Source of the DNA: Eledone cirrhosa | Lineage: Eukaryota | Reading direction: 5' to 3' | Assembly (NCBI GenBank): GCA_964016885.1 | Contig: OZ024743.1 | Span: forward strand, 48,050,001-48,114,000 | Length of the DNA stretch: 64,000 nucleotides | Part shown: one piece after another, positions 62,599-64,000 of the stretch | Layout: each line of letters opens with the position of its first letter | How positions within the stretch are numbered: the first letter of the stretch is position 1 | Made by a program: the position numbers and the translations under genes | Notes under the pieces: model-generated | Seen by the model: only the letters and a program-made list of their open reading frames with translations | Told to the model about the DNA's origin: nothing | The model's database searches: none

Positions 62599-63030
62599 TT
62601 ATTCAAAGTAATCCAACTTATTTTACTAACGGGATTAAAAAAAAAAACGTACGCAATCCCGCAGACCTTCCTTTATTATAGTTTAGATGACTATTATTAT
62701 TATTATTATAAAGTGGACCAAAGTATGAAGTTAAGATGACAACTGCTTTATTAAGAAATCTGTTCAACCAATATTAAAAATGACCCGTTTTTGACAACAA
62801 TTTTCACTCACAAGGCATTGGTGAACCTAAAACCACATGGTTTCAAAACAAACTTCTTAACCAAACAGCCATCTCTGTTTAAAAGAAATGAATATCTCAA
62901 AAATAAAAGTTTAAAAATTCTCTAAAGGAGGAATATGATTGATTGAATTGAACCCAGTACATAGCTGGTACATATTTTATGTATCCTAAAATGATGACAA
63001 GCAAAATGAACCCTTGTTGCATTTGAAATG

Positions 63031-63145
63031 ATAATTGTTTTTACTTTTGGCACAAGGCCAGCAATTACTCAGTGCATTACTAGTACTTTATTTTATCAAC
63101 CCTGTAAGGATAAAAGGCAAAGTTAACCTCGGCAGGATTTGAAAT
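63031..63145 (-). mobile_element. 5'-truncated SINE family A
   Basis: TSD-like TTTGAAATGATAAT on both sides. Confidence 0.8.
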
Positions 63146-63349
63146 GATAATGTAGAACAATTAAATACTTCTTGAAGAGGAAGTAACTCATTTCCTTCTC
63201 AGTCCATGATTTTCTTCATCACTACACCCAGTAGATGTTTAGGCTAGAGTATTGGCCACACCACTCTCACCAGAATGGGTGCACTGCCTCTCCATCCCTA
63301 ACGAAGCTAGCTTTGGCTGTCACTAGCAATGAAGGATATATTCTTTTAA

Positions 63350-63635
63350 TGTTGCAATATTAAAGAAAATGTAAAGGAAGCGGTGAACAACCGAGCCAAC
63401 ACCAGAGCAAAAAACAGCAGCGAGGGGTACTGGGCAACCTCTCTAATGATTTTTGAGGCAAGCCAGCACACTCGCAGCGTTGCCTCGGGTGATGGCGAGG
63501 CTAATGCGCTGGAACAATCAAGCGTTCTTGCGAGATTCGTCAGTGACCTCAATTAGGCGAGCCGCCAGTGAAGAGAGGAACCTCGCAGTCAGTGGCCCGA
63601 CTCCCCCAAACGCCTCGAAAGCCACAGGCTATTGA
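63350..63635 (-). mobile_element. CRE-like element 3' fragment (same subfamily as 250-440)
   Basis: PVAFEAFGGVGPLTARFLSSLAARL...FQRISLAITRGNAASVLACLK. Confidence 0.8.
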
Positions 63636-63744
63636 GGATGACTTAGTGGTATGTACTATGCTTTGCTAAGAGTTGTAGGTGCCTCCATTTGTGAGCAGAC
63701 AGACAACTTCTTGACCTTCCCTTCCTTGAACCAGCAGAACATCT

Positions 63745-64000
63745 AGGATGTGACAGCTAGAGTATCCAGTCCTAAATAAATGAGGTCGTGTAGGGGTCAC
63801 AACAAAAAAACACACAGTCCACGCTGTAATGTGGCCGTGTAGGTAACACGGTAAAAACATCCTAGCCCACACTGTAAACGTGGTTGGTGTTAGGAAGGGC
63901 ATCCAGCCGTAGAAAACCTGCCAGACAGTCCCATACGAGCGAGACGACCAATCTTCCCTCAAGTGGGACAATTCCTGTCTAACCCATGCTAGCGTGGAAG
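63745..64000 (+). mobile_element. RTE 3'UTR-derived retroposon, runs off the window edge
   Basis: Matches 6335-6612 (inverted) and 60985-61243. Confidence 0.8.

Noticed and set aside
60283-64000. Next upstream MSH3 exon (expected GSLLWV...WV.QP-like)
   Set aside because: No matching translation found; it presumably lies outside the window.

Overview
AT-rich, repeat-dense eukaryotic DNA. The SINE/LINE repertoire resembles octopod cephalopods (inference). The one confidently identified host gene is MSH3 (MutS homolog 3, minus strand). Twelve GT-AG exons from 60282 down to the stop at 47013 splice in frame into the C-terminal ~537 aa, including Walker A GPNMGGKS, Walker B DELGRGTS and the HTH SYGLNVA. 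The 5' part of the gene appears to lie beyond the right edge. A second, unidentified minus-strand gene is suggested by a CpG-richer first-exon candidate (34428-34145) and candidate downstream exons, one encoding tandem W-acidic (LEWD) motifs. The rest is a mosaic of two tRNA-derived SINE families, CR1-, RTE-, Tx1-, CRE-like and Penelope fragments, piggyBac/hAT-type MITEs, Helentron-like elements, a 2.2-kb 67-bp G-rich minisatellite with an 804-bp higher-order repeat, and long hairpins. The most notable observations are a minimal hammerhead ribozyme in a TA-inserted non-coding element, a 6.2-kb block flanked by ~238-bp direct repeats, a SINE insertion that copied the flank of another SINE 9.5 kb away, and a candidate poison exon in MSH3. 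Repeat boundaries were read by eye and are approximate.
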